A DNA stretch of 32,000 nucleotides, from assembly GCA_049414405.1 (NCBI GenBank), contig JBMSAQ010000023.1, positions 1 through 32,000 on the forward strand, given 5' to 3'. The stretch comes from Candidatus Nanopusillus sp. (lineage in GTDB: Archaea; Nanobdellota; Nanobdellia; Nanobdellales; Nanobdellaceae). Each line of letters opens with the position of its first letter. Position 1 is the stretch's first letter. Below, piece by piece: positions 23,119-32,000 of the stretch. Both the position numbers and the translations under genes were made by a program. The notes beneath the pieces were generated by a model, which was not told where the DNA came from, ran no database searches, and worked only from the letters and a program-made list of their open reading frames with translations.

Positions 23119-24861
23119 ATGAAAGAAAAAAGTAGACAAAATATTCAAGAAATTGAATTATATAAAAAATTTAAGAGAATATCTGTAGCAGAATTTTTTG
23201 AGAGAAATAGACATCTATTAGGATTTGATAGTCCTAGGAAAGCACTATTAATTGCAGTTAAAGAATATGTTGATAATTCATTAGATGCATGTGAGGAATA
23301 TAAAACATTACCAGATATAAAAGTTGAAATAAGTAAAATAGAAAATGATATTTATAAAATATCTGTAGAAGATAATGGACCGGGTATACCATATGAAAAT
23401 GTTCCAGAAATATTTGGTAGTTTTTTATTTGGTTCAAAGTTTCATAGATTTATATCTACAAGAGGAAAACAAGGTATTGGGGCTTCAGCAGTTACTCTGT
23501 ATTCACAACTTACAACAAAAGAACCTGTAGAAATTATTACGAAAATAAAAAATAAAGAAAAGGGGATAAAATATAAAATAAAGATTGATGTAAAAACAAA
23601 TACTCCGATAATTGTAGAAAAGGAAGAAATTGAAATAAAAAAAGAGAGTGGGACAATTGTAAAGGCAAAAATAATAGGTCAATATGTAAAGGGTAAACAA
23701 TCTGTCGATGAATATATTAGATTAACTGCATTAATAAACCCACATGCTAATATAACTTATAAAAATTCAGATGGAGAAAAATTTGTTTATAGAAGAATAA
23801 TAAATGAGATACCGGAGCTAAAGGAAGTAAGACCCCATCCTTATGGTATTGAAATAGGGTATTTTGAAAGATTAATAAGAGAAACAAATGAAAAAATATT
23901 ATTAAGTTTTTTAACTAAAACATTTTCATCTGTAGGACAAAATACTGCAATAGAAATACTAAAAAAAGCAAAATTAGATCCAAATACAGATCCAAAGAAT
24001 TTGGATGATGATCAGATTATAAAATTATATAATGCATTGCAAAATGCAAAATTAAGAGCAATACAGTCAAAATATATTGTAACACTTGGTAGAGATATTA
24101 TATTAAAGAGTATGGAAAATATACTTAAGCCAGAATATATGGTTGCGATAAAAAGAAAACCAAAATTATACAGAGGTATACCATTTATAGTGGAAGTTGG
24201 AATTGCATATGGTGGAGAAATAACAGAATTTCAATATTATAGATTTGCAAATAGAGTACCATTATTATATAAACCAGGAGAAGATGCAATAACGCATGCT
24301 TTAAAAGAAATTAATTGGAAACATTATGGATTTGAAGTTGAAGGGGAATTTCCAAAGGATCCAATGGCAATATTGGTTCATGTTGCATCTGTTTGGTTAC
24401 CATTTACTTCAGAATCAAAAGAAGCAATTGCACCATATGATGAAATAGTAAAAGAAATTGAATTAGGAATTAAAAATGTATTAAGAGAACTATCAGTATA
24501 TATTAAGAAAAAGAAAGCTTTAGAAACGATTGGTGATAAATATAAAAATTTATATGGATATGGATTAGAAGTTATAGATTCATTAAGTTCTATATTAGAT
24601 ATTGAAAAAAAGAATGTAGAAAAAAGAGTAAAAGAAAGAATAAAGAAAGAATTGGTAAATGATATATATGAAATATTAAAATCGGTTAAGGAAGTAAAAA
24701 ATTTATTAAAAGAAGGAAAGGATGATAAAGCAATAGCTTTGATTAAGAACATGTTAAAAGATACAGTAAAAATTAATCTACTAAGTGAAAAAGAATTGGA
24801 AAACATAATAATAGAAGTAATAAATGATGTTAAAAAGAATAAGTTGAGCTTATTAAATTAA
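23119..24861 (+). CDS. top6B: DNA topoisomerase VI subunit B
   Basis: ISVAEFFERNRHLLGFD, GHKL ATPase boxes EYVDNSLDA and DNGPGI, GKQGIGAS, transducer domain. Confidence 0.95.
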   Translation: MKEKSRQNIQEIELYKKFKRISVAEFFERNRHLLGFDSPRKALLIAVKEYVDNSLDACEEYKTLPDIKVEISKIENDIYKISVEDNGPGIPYENVPEIFGSFLFGSKFHRFISTRGKQGIGASAVTLYSQLTTKEPVEIITKIKNKEKGIKYKIKIDVKTNTPIIVEKEEIEIKKESGTIVKAKIIGQYVKGKQSVDEYIRLTALINPHANITYKNSDGEKFVYRRIINEIPELKEVRPHPYGIEIGYFERLIRETNEKILLSFLTKTFSSVGQNTAIEILKKAKLDPNTDPKNLDDDQIIKLYNALQNAKLRAIQSKYIVTLGRDIILKSMENILKPEYMVAIKRKPKLYRGIPFIVEVGIAYGGEITEFQYYRFANRVPLLYKPGEDAITHALKEINWKHYGFEVEGEFPKDPMAILVHVASVWLPFTSESKEAIAPYDEIVKEIELGIKNVLRELSVYIKKKKALETIGDKYKNLYGYGLEVIDSLSSILDIEKKNVEKRVKERIKKELVNDIYEILKSVKEVKNLLKEGKDDKAIALIKNMLKDTVKINLLSEKELENIIIEVINDVKKNKLSLLN

Positions 24862-24877
24862 CTTACAATAAAATAAA

Positions 24878-25996
24878 ATGGTCCAATATATAGAAAAATT
24901 ATCTAAAGAGGAAGTTTTAAATAGAATAAAAAAATTGGCTGAAGAAATTTATAATGAATTTCAATCTGGAAATCCATCAATAAAGCTTGCTGTAAGAGGT
25001 AATATAAAAAATATTGAATATGATGAAAAAAGAGATATAATCACTTTAAAAGAGAAAATAGGATCTAGAGAGTTCTTTAATTTGGGTCATGTACGAAGAT
25101 TCATGCAAACATTATTGGTTGCTTCTTTAGCAAAAAAATTAGTAGAAAAGGATAAAACAGCGAGCTTGAGAGAAGTTTACTATCAGTTAAAACATACAAT
25201 ACCTATACTAAATGTAAATACAATAGAAGAACAGGAAGAATCCGATGCTGTAATTGAAGATTTAGAAAGAGCAATAAAAGCAATAAGAGAACAATTTCAT
25301 ATAAAAGCTGAAGGTAGGGGTGCAATATACGGAGATATATATTTAAGGGATAAAAAGAGAGGTGATGAATGGAACTGTTCAAGATTGGGGAGAGGTGGAT
25401 GGAGTATACCATCAACAATTGAAGATCTTGAAATTGGAGATGTAAATGCTGATTTTGTTTTAGTGGTTGAGAAAGAAGCTATGTTTGATAGGTTAATTGA
25501 AGAAAGATTTCCAGAAAAAAATGGTGCAATATTAATTACTAGTAAAGGTCAGCCTCCAAGAGGTGTTAGAAGATTGATTCACAGATTAAGAAAAGAAAAA
25601 AACTTACCGGTTTATGTATTTACAGATGGTGATCCATGGGGATTTTATATATATTCTGTAATCAAAAGAGGATCTATGAATTTATCACAATTTTCTCAAT
25701 TATTGGCTACTCCAGATGTTAAGTTTATAGGAATGACAATTGATGATGTGGATGAATATGATTTAAGAAAAAAAGGAGCAGTAATAAAACTAAATCAAAG
25801 AGATATAAAAAGAATAAATGAAATTGCAAATTATCCTTGGTTTAAAAAATCTAAAGATTGGCAAAGACAATTTAAAAAAATGTTAAATTATGGAATAAAA
25901 GTTGAACAGGATGCATTAGCAGTAAATTCATTAGAATTTGTTGCAGAAAAATATTTACCAAATAAATTACAACATCCAGAAAAAATATTGAGTTAA
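24878..25996 (+). CDS. top6A: DNA topoisomerase VI subunit A (Spo11 homologue)
   Basis: Catalytic-Tyr context SLREVYYQLKH and Toprim VVEKEAMF ... FTDGDPWGFYIY. 16-nt gap after top6B. Confidence 0.95.
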   Translation: MVQYIEKLSKEEVLNRIKKLAEEIYNEFQSGNPSIKLAVRGNIKNIEYDEKRDIITLKEKIGSREFFNLGHVRRFMQTLLVASLAKKLVEKDKTASLREVYYQLKHTIPILNVNTIEEQEESDAVIEDLERAIKAIREQFHIKAEGRGAIYGDIYLRDKKRGDEWNCSRLGRGGWSIPSTIEDLEIGDVNADFVLVVEKEAMFDRLIEERFPEKNGAILITSKGQPPRGVRRLIHRLRKEKNLPVYVFTDGDPWGFYIYSVIKRGSMNLSQFSQLLATPDVKFIGMTIDDVDEYDLRKKGAVIKLNQRDIKRINEIANYPWFKKSKDWQRQFKKMLNYGIKVEQDALAVNSLEFVAEKYLPNKLQHPEKILS

Positions 25997-26006
25997 CGTA
26001 TAAATT

Positions 26007-26258
26007 CTATATAAATTCTATTTTTGATTCTCTCTTTTCAGACAATTTTGATAATATATTTTTTAATAATTCATCATCTATCTTTTTTATTTTACCAGTT
26101 TGTATATATTGATATAAAATTAAAATAACTTGAATAAATTTTTCTGGATATACAGCTTTTATATTTGATAATCTATCAATTGCTTCTTTTGTAAGAAATG
26201 GTAATATTGATCTATATATTTTTTCTATTTCTTTTAGTTTTCTATTATCTTTGCTCAT
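26007..26258 (-). CDS. PDCD5/TFAR19-like double-stranded DNA-binding protein
   Basis: ILPFLTKEAIDRLSNIKAVYPEKF..V...L.Q.IQTGKI.KKIDDELLKNIL resembles the dsDNA_bind family (MTH1615-like). Confidence 0.72.
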   Translation of the reverse strand: MSKDNRKLKEIEKIYRSILPFLTKEAIDRLSNIKAVYPEKFIQVILILYQYIQTGKIKKIDDELLKNILSKLSEKRESKIEFI

Positions 26259-26301
26259 AATTGAATATTTTTAAGACAAAATTTTTAAGTAAAATTAAGA
26301 T

Positions 26302-27123
26302 ATGTTTAATATGGAAGAATACAACAATATGAGACAATGGGGGATATTTTTTATACTATTATTAGTGTCATTTTTGCTAATAAAATTTCTTGGAATATTT
26401 GGAATGATGTCTGGAATAATTTTATTATTATATACATTGAGTGGAATAAGAGTAATATATAATTATGAAAAGGCAGTAATTTTTACATTAGGATATTATT
26501 CAGGAATCCTTTCTGGAGGTTTAATATATATTTTACCAGGTCTTCAAAAATTGATTAAAGTAGATATGAGGATTATAAATTATGAATTGCCCGAACAAGT
26601 TTTATTGTCTGCAGATAATGTAAATATTACTGTGAAGGGTACCGTATTTTATAGAATAGTAGATCCTGGAAAAGTTGTTATGAATATAAGAGATTTGAAT
26701 AAGGCAATATTAAACTATGCACAAGCAAAATTAAGGGATATATTTGGAAAATATGATTTAAATGATATATTACAGAAAAGAGAAGAAATTGGAATAGAAT
26801 TAAGAGATATGATTCAGAGAGAAATTGGAGAATGGGGGGTAGATATTATAGCAATAAAAATACAAGATATAATTATTCCTCAAGAAATACTATCTGCATT
26901 GACTCAAAGAGCGATTGCAGAAAGGTTGGCACAGGCAAAAGTTATAGAATCACAAGGCGAATTACAAGCTGCAGCAAACTATAAGGAAGCCGCAGAAATA
27001 TTGTCTGAAAGCGACTATGGTATAGTATTAAGGTTTTTAGAAATGTTAAGAAGCAGTCAAAATACAAAAATAATTGTAGTACCACCAGAAATATTTAATT
27101 TATTTAAGAAACATAATAAGTAG
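26302..27123 (+). CDS. SPFH/band-7 protein (stomatin/prohibitin homologue)
   Basis: N-terminal TM, then YEKAVIFTLG...LPGLQKLIKVDMR......PEQ..LSADNV.ITV.G.VFYRIVDP and an Ala/Gln-rich coiled coil. Alternative start ATG 26311. Confidence 0.88.
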   Translation: MFNMEEYNNMRQWGIFFILLLVSFLLIKFLGIFGMMSGIILLLYTLSGIRVIYNYEKAVIFTLGYYSGILSGGLIYILPGLQKLIKVDMRIINYELPEQVLLSADNVNITVKGTVFYRIVDPGKVVMNIRDLNKAILNYAQAKLRDIFGKYDLNDILQKREEIGIELRDMIQREIGEWGVDIIAIKIQDIIIPQEILSALTQRAIAERLAQAKVIESQGELQAAANYKEAAEILSESDYGIVLRFLEMLRSSQNTKIIVVPPEIFNLFKKHNK

Positions 27124-27682
27124 AATACTTTTTTATTAAAATATAAATATTTTTATACATAATAACAAATAAAATCATTGAATAAATTAAAATAAAGATT
27201 TTATATTCCCAAAATTGTGTTATAAAAAATGAGAAAATTTTTAGTATATTGATTATAAAATAGGAAAAATTTAACGTATTAAATATCTTATAGAATTTTA
27301 AAATTTTCAAAAATGATAAGATCTTATATAAATCTTTGTAAATTAAATAATAAATCAGAAAATATGAAAAAGATGCAATTAAAAATAAAATATTGTATAT
27401 TATAAAAGAATGTGAAAATAATAACAATAATAAGTTCATTAAAACATAAACTAATAGCAATATAATTATTTTTGAATTATATATAAAATTTAAATATATT
27501 ATTATCGATATTAAAAATAAAGAAATTGAAATTAATAAAAAAATAATATTATATAAATGATTAGATAATAGTATTGGATTATAATAAATAATTAAATATA
27601 GAATAAGACTAACAGAATTATAATATATGGAAAACAGAGAAAAATATAGCAAATTATTAAATCTTTCAATATTTTTCTCCAT
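27104..27682 (-). CDS. Polytopic membrane protein of unknown function (extremely AT-rich gene)
   Basis: 192 codons are open in DNA where stops should occur every 10 codons or so. The protein is composed almost only of I/L/F/Y/N/K/S. 17-nt overlap with dut upstream. Confidence 0.55.
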   Translation of the reverse strand: MEKNIERFNNLLYFSLFSIYYNSVSLILYLIIYYNPILLSNHLYNIIFLLISISLFLISIIIYLNFIYNSKIIILLLVYVLMNLLLLLFSHSFIIYNILFLIASFSYFLIYYLIYKDLYKILSFLKILKFYKIFNTLNFSYFIINILKIFSFFITQFWEYKIFILIYSMILFVIMYKNIYILIKKYSTYYVS

Positions 27683-28241
27683 ACCAATATCCTTTATATG
27701 TTTCTTTTGATTCTTTTTCTAATTTAATAAATATTAATTGTATCCACGCCTCATTTATATTTATTTTTGCATTAATTGGAAAATAATATGTTTGAGTAAA
27801 TTCTCCTTTATATCCGGGATCAAATAATGCACTTTCAAATTTCAATATTCCCAATCTATTAAATGTAGATCTTGGCAATGCTATTGCAATCATATCATTT
27901 GGGATTTCAACTTCAGGAAATACCACATAATATAATCCTTTATTTAATACCCAATAATTATTTTTTGGTTTTATTTCAATAAATGCATCGGGAATTTTCT
28001 TAAATGAATTTTCTAATAATTCCCTTCTTTTATTTTCATTAATTGCAATTTCTAATAAATCTTCATAATCTAAATTATAATTAAATATATATCCTCTTCT
28101 ATCATTATCAATTAATATATATTTTATTTTTTTGATAGGTATTTTATATATTTTTTTAGGTTTTATATCAATTCCTGCAGGATTTATTTTTACATATTTT
28201 CTTACGAATTTTTTTGTATCTTTCCCATTTATAACACTCAT
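27666..28241 (-). CDS. dut: dUTP diphosphatase, archaeal dCTP-deaminase-like (MJ1102-type) family
   Basis: PRSTFNRLGI....SALFDPGYKGEF......P...I...AWIQLIF......ETYKGYWYG matches the RSS..R.G......DPGY.G...Q..F..Y.G.Y core of this family. Confidence 0.72.
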   Translation of the reverse strand: MSVINGKDTKKFVRKYVKINPAGIDIKPKKIYKIPIKKIKYILIDNDRRGYIFNYNLDYEDLLEIAINENKRRELLENSFKKIPDAFIEIKPKNNYWVLNKGLYYVVFPEVEIPNDMIAIALPRSTFNRLGILKFESALFDPGYKGEFTQTYYFPINAKININEAWIQLIFIKLEKESKETYKGYWYGEKY

Positions 28242-28267
28242 ATAAATATATTGAATATTTGTTATTT

Positions 28268-29476
28268 ATGAATATAGAAGCGTATAGGGATTATATAATT
28301 AATTTATATGAGAAATTTATACCAGTTAAATCTATTGGGCCAGAAAACAATGGAGAAGGTGAATGGGAAAGGGCAAAAGTATTATATAATATTGTGAAAG
28401 ATTTATTTGATGAAATTAAAATAATTGAAGCACCTGACGAAAGGATAAAAGAAAAATCAAGACCAAATATTATTGCAATAAAATATGGAAAAAATAGAGA
28501 AAGAACATTCTGGATAATTGCTCATATCGATACTGTACCAGAAGGGGGTTTAAATCTATGGAAATACGATCCATTTAATGTTACTGTTGAAGGTAATAAA
28601 ATATATGGAAGGGGCGTTTTAGATAATGGAAATGGAACTGTTTTAGGAATATTATTGGCAAAATATTTTAAAGATAATAATATTTTACCTAAATATAATT
28701 ATGGATTAATATTGGCCTCAGATGAAGAAACTGGAAGTAAATATGGATTGAAATATATTTTGGAAAAAGAGTCTAGTTTATTTAAAAAAGATGATTGGAT
28801 TTTAGTGCCTGATGCTGGAAGTTCAGATGGTTTAGATATTGAAGTTGCTGAAAAAGGAATATTATGGATAAAATTTAAGGTTATTGGAAAGCAAGCACAT
28901 GCAAGTACTCCAGATTTGGGTATTAATTCAACAAAATTGGGGTCTATGTTAATTTTACAATTATATGATTCCTTACATGAGAAATATGATAAAGAAAATA
29001 AATTATTTGATCTCCCTAAAAGTACATTTGAACCAACAAAAGTTGAAAAAAATGTAGATAATATAAATACAATACCCGGAGAATTTATATTTTATTATGA
29101 TTGTAGAATATTGCCAGACTATAACTTAGATGAAGTGTATCAAACAATAGAATATATATGTAAAGAATTTGAAAAAAATTATAATTGTAAAATTGATATT
29201 GAAATTGTACATAAAGATTATCCATCAATATTAGAAAATATTGATAATAATGAATTCTTAAATAAATTAAAAGAAGCAATTAAAAAATATAAAAATAAGG
29301 AACCAAGATTGGTAGGAATTGGTGGTGGAACATATGCAAAATATTTAAGAGAGAAGGGTTTAAATGCAATTGTATGGAGTACATATAATGAAAGTGCACA
29401 CATGCCAAATGAATATATAGATATAAATGATATAATAAATGATGCAAAAATATTGTTAGAAATTCTTAAACTTTAA
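28268..29476 (+). CDS. M20-family metallopeptidase/deacylase (ArgE/DapE-like)
   Basis: AHIDTVPEG, WKYDPF, GRGVLDNGNG, ASDEETGS and AHMPNEY. ATG 28268 preferred over the track's TTG 28259. Confidence 0.85.
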   Translation: MNIEAYRDYIINLYEKFIPVKSIGPENNGEGEWERAKVLYNIVKDLFDEIKIIEAPDERIKEKSRPNIIAIKYGKNRERTFWIIAHIDTVPEGGLNLWKYDPFNVTVEGNKIYGRGVLDNGNGTVLGILLAKYFKDNNILPKYNYGLILASDEETGSKYGLKYILEKESSLFKKDDWILVPDAGSSDGLDIEVAEKGILWIKFKVIGKQAHASTPDLGINSTKLGSMLILQLYDSLHEKYDKENKLFDLPKSTFEPTKVEKNVDNINTIPGEFIFYYDCRILPDYNLDEVYQTIEYICKEFEKNYNCKIDIEIVHKDYPSILENIDNNEFLNKLKEAIKKYKNKEPRLVGIGGGTYAKYLREKGLNAIVWSTYNESAHMPNEYIDINDIINDAKILLEILKL

Positions 29477-29491
29477 TGCCATATTAAAATA

Positions 29492-30382
29492 ATGGTTGGT
29501 ATATTTGATCTTGCAAAATTAATGACTGGTTTTAATTTATTTAAGAAGGTACCTCAAGAAAATGTAGAATATTCAAAAGAATTAATAGAAAATGCCAAGA
29601 AAAACTTATCAGATTCGTATGATTTGTATAACAAGAAAAATTATAATTTAGCAATATATTATTTAGAACAATCATTGTGTTTTTCTATAAAAAGTTTAGT
29701 ATTATTATTTCAAATGGTAAAATTAAAAGATGTTAAAGAGAAAAGTTATAATTCATTTGAGGATTTTGTAAATAAAAATAAAATATTTGATAAATTAAAG
29801 AAAATAGTTAATCAGAATTCTATGATGTATGAAATATTATTATCTGAAGAAAATAAGAAAAAATTTAAAGAAGATTATGAAAAATATAAAAAAGAAGTTG
29901 ATGAATTTTTGAAAAAATTAAAGGATAAAAATGAAAGAAAAAAGATTATTAGGTATAATGAAAATGAATTAAATAACTTATTTTCAATTAATGAATTGGT
30001 TAATAAATATCAAATGTCTGAAGAAGTTGTTGAGAGTTTAATCAATTTTGCTATGAATTTATTTAGTAGAATGGGTGGAAAAATGAGTAATGTATTAAAT
30101 ACAGGAATGGCTAGAAGTTTAATTAAAAGAGAACTGGAAAAAAATAAAGATACACTAAATATATTTGGAAATATATTAATATTGACTGGAATATTAATGT
30201 TACATGAAAGATCAACAAAAGAATATGATAAAGATTTAGATTTCTCTCCAGATAATTATAATCAAAATTTGGGAGTAGTAAAATTATATAATAAAATGTA
30301 CGATATGGTTAATGGATTAATTAAATTTAATGAGAATTTTGTAAATGTATTAGAAAATAAAGATAATTTAAAACTATTTTAG
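29492..30382 (+). CDS. Hypothetical Lys/Glu/Asn-rich helical protein; N-terminal helix pair weakly HEPN-like
   Basis: 296-aa ORF. ELIENAKKNLSDSYDLYNKKNYNLAIYYLEQSLCFSIKSL resembles HEPN helices 1-2. No R-x4-6-H motif seen. One hydrophobic span (NIFGNILILTGILML). Confidence 0.55.
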   Translation: MVGIFDLAKLMTGFNLFKKVPQENVEYSKELIENAKKNLSDSYDLYNKKNYNLAIYYLEQSLCFSIKSLVLLFQMVKLKDVKEKSYNSFEDFVNKNKIFDKLKKIVNQNSMMYEILLSEENKKKFKEDYEKYKKEVDEFLKKLKDKNERKKIIRYNENELNNLFSINELVNKYQMSEEVVESLINFAMNLFSRMGGKMSNVLNTGMARSLIKRELEKNKDTLNIFGNILILTGILMLHERSTKEYDKDLDFSPDNYNQNLGVVKLYNKMYDMVNGLIKFNENFVNVLENKDNLKLF

Positions 30383-31312
30383 ATTAATTTTTATTACCTT
30401 GTTCGGATCAAAAACTTTGTTATTATATTTTAGAAAATTAAGTAAATATTCTTCAATTGTTTTATAATCGTAATAAATTATTAAATAATATTTTGCTTTA
30501 TTTTTTCTTTTAATTCTATATAAATAAACATAATCATAGTATTTTGATAATTTTTTTAATATTTTTATTAAGTATCCCGGATGATATGGAATAATTAAAA
30601 ATAGTAGATTTTTATCTAAATTCAATTCTGGTGGTACTAAAATATCTTTTAGGTGAGTATGTAAAATTCTTTCTGGATCTGTTATTGAATTAAATTTTAT
30701 CCAAGTAGCTAATAATTTATGTAAAGCATAGTCTTTAAAGTAAATTTTAAATAATCTATTTATATATTTTAATCCTTTTGCATATTTTCTTTCTCTTTTT
30801 GATCTTTCTTGATTAAATGATATTGGTAATCCTAAAAAATATAAATCAAATCCTTTATATATTGTTTCAACACTATACATAAAATCTTCAGTAACATTCA
30901 TATCTCTCCATCTTACTTTTGTTAATATTTTTTTATAAGTATTTAATGAAGCAAATCCACCAAAGCCAATAATTTCTTTTTCTTTATATATCCTTATAAT
31001 TCCTTTTATTAATTCATTCAAATAATTGGGAAATATGACATCAAAATCTATGTAAAATATATAATCTATATCTTGATGGCTTTTAATCAAATTTTCTAAT
31101 GCATATTGTCTTCCCAACCCTCTTGTAGATTTTCTTTGAAATGTATCAATAAAATCATATTCTTTTAATATTTCAAATGTTCCATCTTTTGAAAAATTAT
31201 CACAAACAGAAATTACAAAATCATATTTTAATTTTTTCTTTAGGTCCTCAATCGTTGTTCTAACAGTATCTGCAGAATTATAGACAGTTCCATATATACC
31301 AAGTTTTACCAT
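30374..31312 (-). CDS. Glycosyltransferase family 2
   Basis: N-terminal LGIYGTVYNSADTVRTTIEDL.......VISVCDNFSKDGTFEIL is the GT2 (GT-A) signature, with a later D-x-D-like YIDFDV. Confidence 0.8.
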   Translation of the reverse strand: MVKLGIYGTVYNSADTVRTTIEDLKKKLKYDFVISVCDNFSKDGTFEILKEYDFIDTFQRKSTRGLGRQYALENLIKSHQDIDYIFYIDFDVIFPNYLNELIKGIIRIYKEKEIIGFGGFASLNTYKKILTKVRWRDMNVTEDFMYSVETIYKGFDLYFLGLPISFNQERSKRERKYAKGLKYINRLFKIYFKDYALHKLLATWIKFNSITDPERILHTHLKDILVPPELNLDKNLLFLIIPYHPGYLIKILKKLSKYYDYVYLYRIKRKNKAKYYLIIYYDYKTIEEYLLNFLKYNNKVFDPNKVIKINLK

Positions 31313-31345
31313 AAAAATATCTTTTAATTAAAAATTATATAAAAA

Positions 31346-31930
31346 TTATTGCTTTGCAAATCTTATATCTACTGCATATGATTCTTTTTCATTAATTAAT
31401 AATGGATTAATCTCAATTTCCAGTAATTTTTCTTTTTTATACAATTCATACAATTTCATTATATTTTCATATAATAAATTAATATGTACTCTTGGTCTAC
31501 TTCTAAATCCATTTAGCATTGGATATAATTTTAAATCTCTTAATCCTCTTTCTAAAATATTTATATCAAAAGGTAAAGATAATATAATAAAATCTTTTAA
31601 TAATTCTGTATATATTCCACCGATTCCTATTAAGCATATATCTCCAAATATTTTATCATATTTTATTCCAATTATTACTTCATTAAATTCTCCAATCACT
31701 TGCTCTTGTATGATTATGTTTGTATTAAATTTTTTTCTAAATTCTTCATAATATTTTTTTAATTCACTATAATTTTGTATATTTAATTTTACTGCTCCTA
31801 AATCTGTTTTATGATTCAAATCGGCTTTTATTACTAATGGAAAATTTGAATGCAATGGTATTTCATTTACCCAATATCTAGGAATCTTTATTCCATATTT
31901 CATCAATAATTCAAAACCTTCTGATAACAT
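31346..31930 (-). CDS. acdB: Acetyl-CoA synthetase (ADP-forming) beta subunit / ATP-grasp domain
   Basis: LLMKYGIKIP, PLVIKADLNHKTDLGAVKLNI, EVIIG...D..FG....IGIGGIYTELLKD, LNGFRSRP and EINPL....ESYAVDIRF are collinear with Pyrococcus-type ACS beta. Confidence 0.8.
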   Translation of the reverse strand: MLSEGFELLMKYGIKIPRYWVNEIPLHSNFPLVIKADLNHKTDLGAVKLNIQNYSELKKYYEEFRKKFNTNIIIQEQVIGEFNEVIIGIKYDKIFGDICLIGIGGIYTELLKDFIILSLPFDINILERGLRDLKLYPMLNGFRSRPRVHINLLYENIMKLYELYKKEKLLEIEINPLLINEKESYAVDIRFAKQ

Positions 31931-32000
31931 ATTTTAAAATAAGTTTATTATAATTTATAAAAATTATAACTATCAAAAACTGATGATTTATATTATTTCT

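Noticed and set aside
27104-27682. The membrane ORF as the NfeD partner of the stomatin gene
   Set aside because: It lies on the opposite strand in convergent orientation. It has no soluble OB-fold or ClpP-like protease part.
1-32000. CRISPR arrays, IS elements, integrases, toxin-antitoxin pairs and known defence genes
   Set aside because: I found no regularly spaced direct repeats and no transposase, integrase or nuclease/ATPase defence hallmarks. All intergenic gaps are under about 75 nt.
31979-32000. ACTGATGA (a C-box-like UGAUGA) in the last intergenic stretch, as a possible C/D box sRNA
   Set aside because: It is truncated by the window edge, so no D box or guide can be assessed. UGAUGA occurs dozens of times inside coding sequence here by chance.

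Overview
This is a very AT-rich archaeal chromosome segment, roughly one quarter G+C by eye. It is extremely compact: about 40 genes in 32 kb, most intergenic gaps are under 60 nt, and many start/stop codons overlap. Two intron-less tRNAs, Lys-UUU and Asn-GUU, have almost pure G:C stems (about 64% and 67% GC by my count). Together with the gene content this points to a thermophilic, genome-reduced DPANN/Nanoarchaeota-like organism; that assignment is inference.

The content is mostly housekeeping:
- Translation and RNA processing: aIF5B, ribosomal protein S6e, Kae1, a minimal L29, SUI1/aIF1, RNase P protein Rpp29, ThiI, and a KH/Dim2-like protein.
- DNA and transcription: AGOG glycosylase, TFS, topoisomerase VI B and A, a PDCD5-like DNA-binding protein, and dUTPase.
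- Metabolism: enolase, an HDAC-family deacetylase, a compact GH1 glycosidase, an OFOR beta subunit, an M20 peptidase, and the ADP-forming acetyl-CoA synthetase beta subunit.
- Envelope: a type IV-like pilin, signal peptidase I, UppP, stomatin, and a GT2 glycosyltransferase.

I found no CRISPR array, no transposase or integrase, and no convincing novel multi-gene defence-type system.

The most unusual observations are:
1. A 2.7-kb surface-protein locus beside tRNA-Lys carries about seven frame lesions, while the rest of the window has none.
2. Kae1 carries an insertion of about 75 aa.
3. A pyrophosphatase-like ORF has lost its acidic catalytic residues.
4. The beta subunits of two two-subunit enzymes appear without their alpha partners.
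5. Convergent genes systematically overlap at their 3' ends.
6. TATA-like elements sit at a fixed distance from start codons, which implies leaderless mRNAs.
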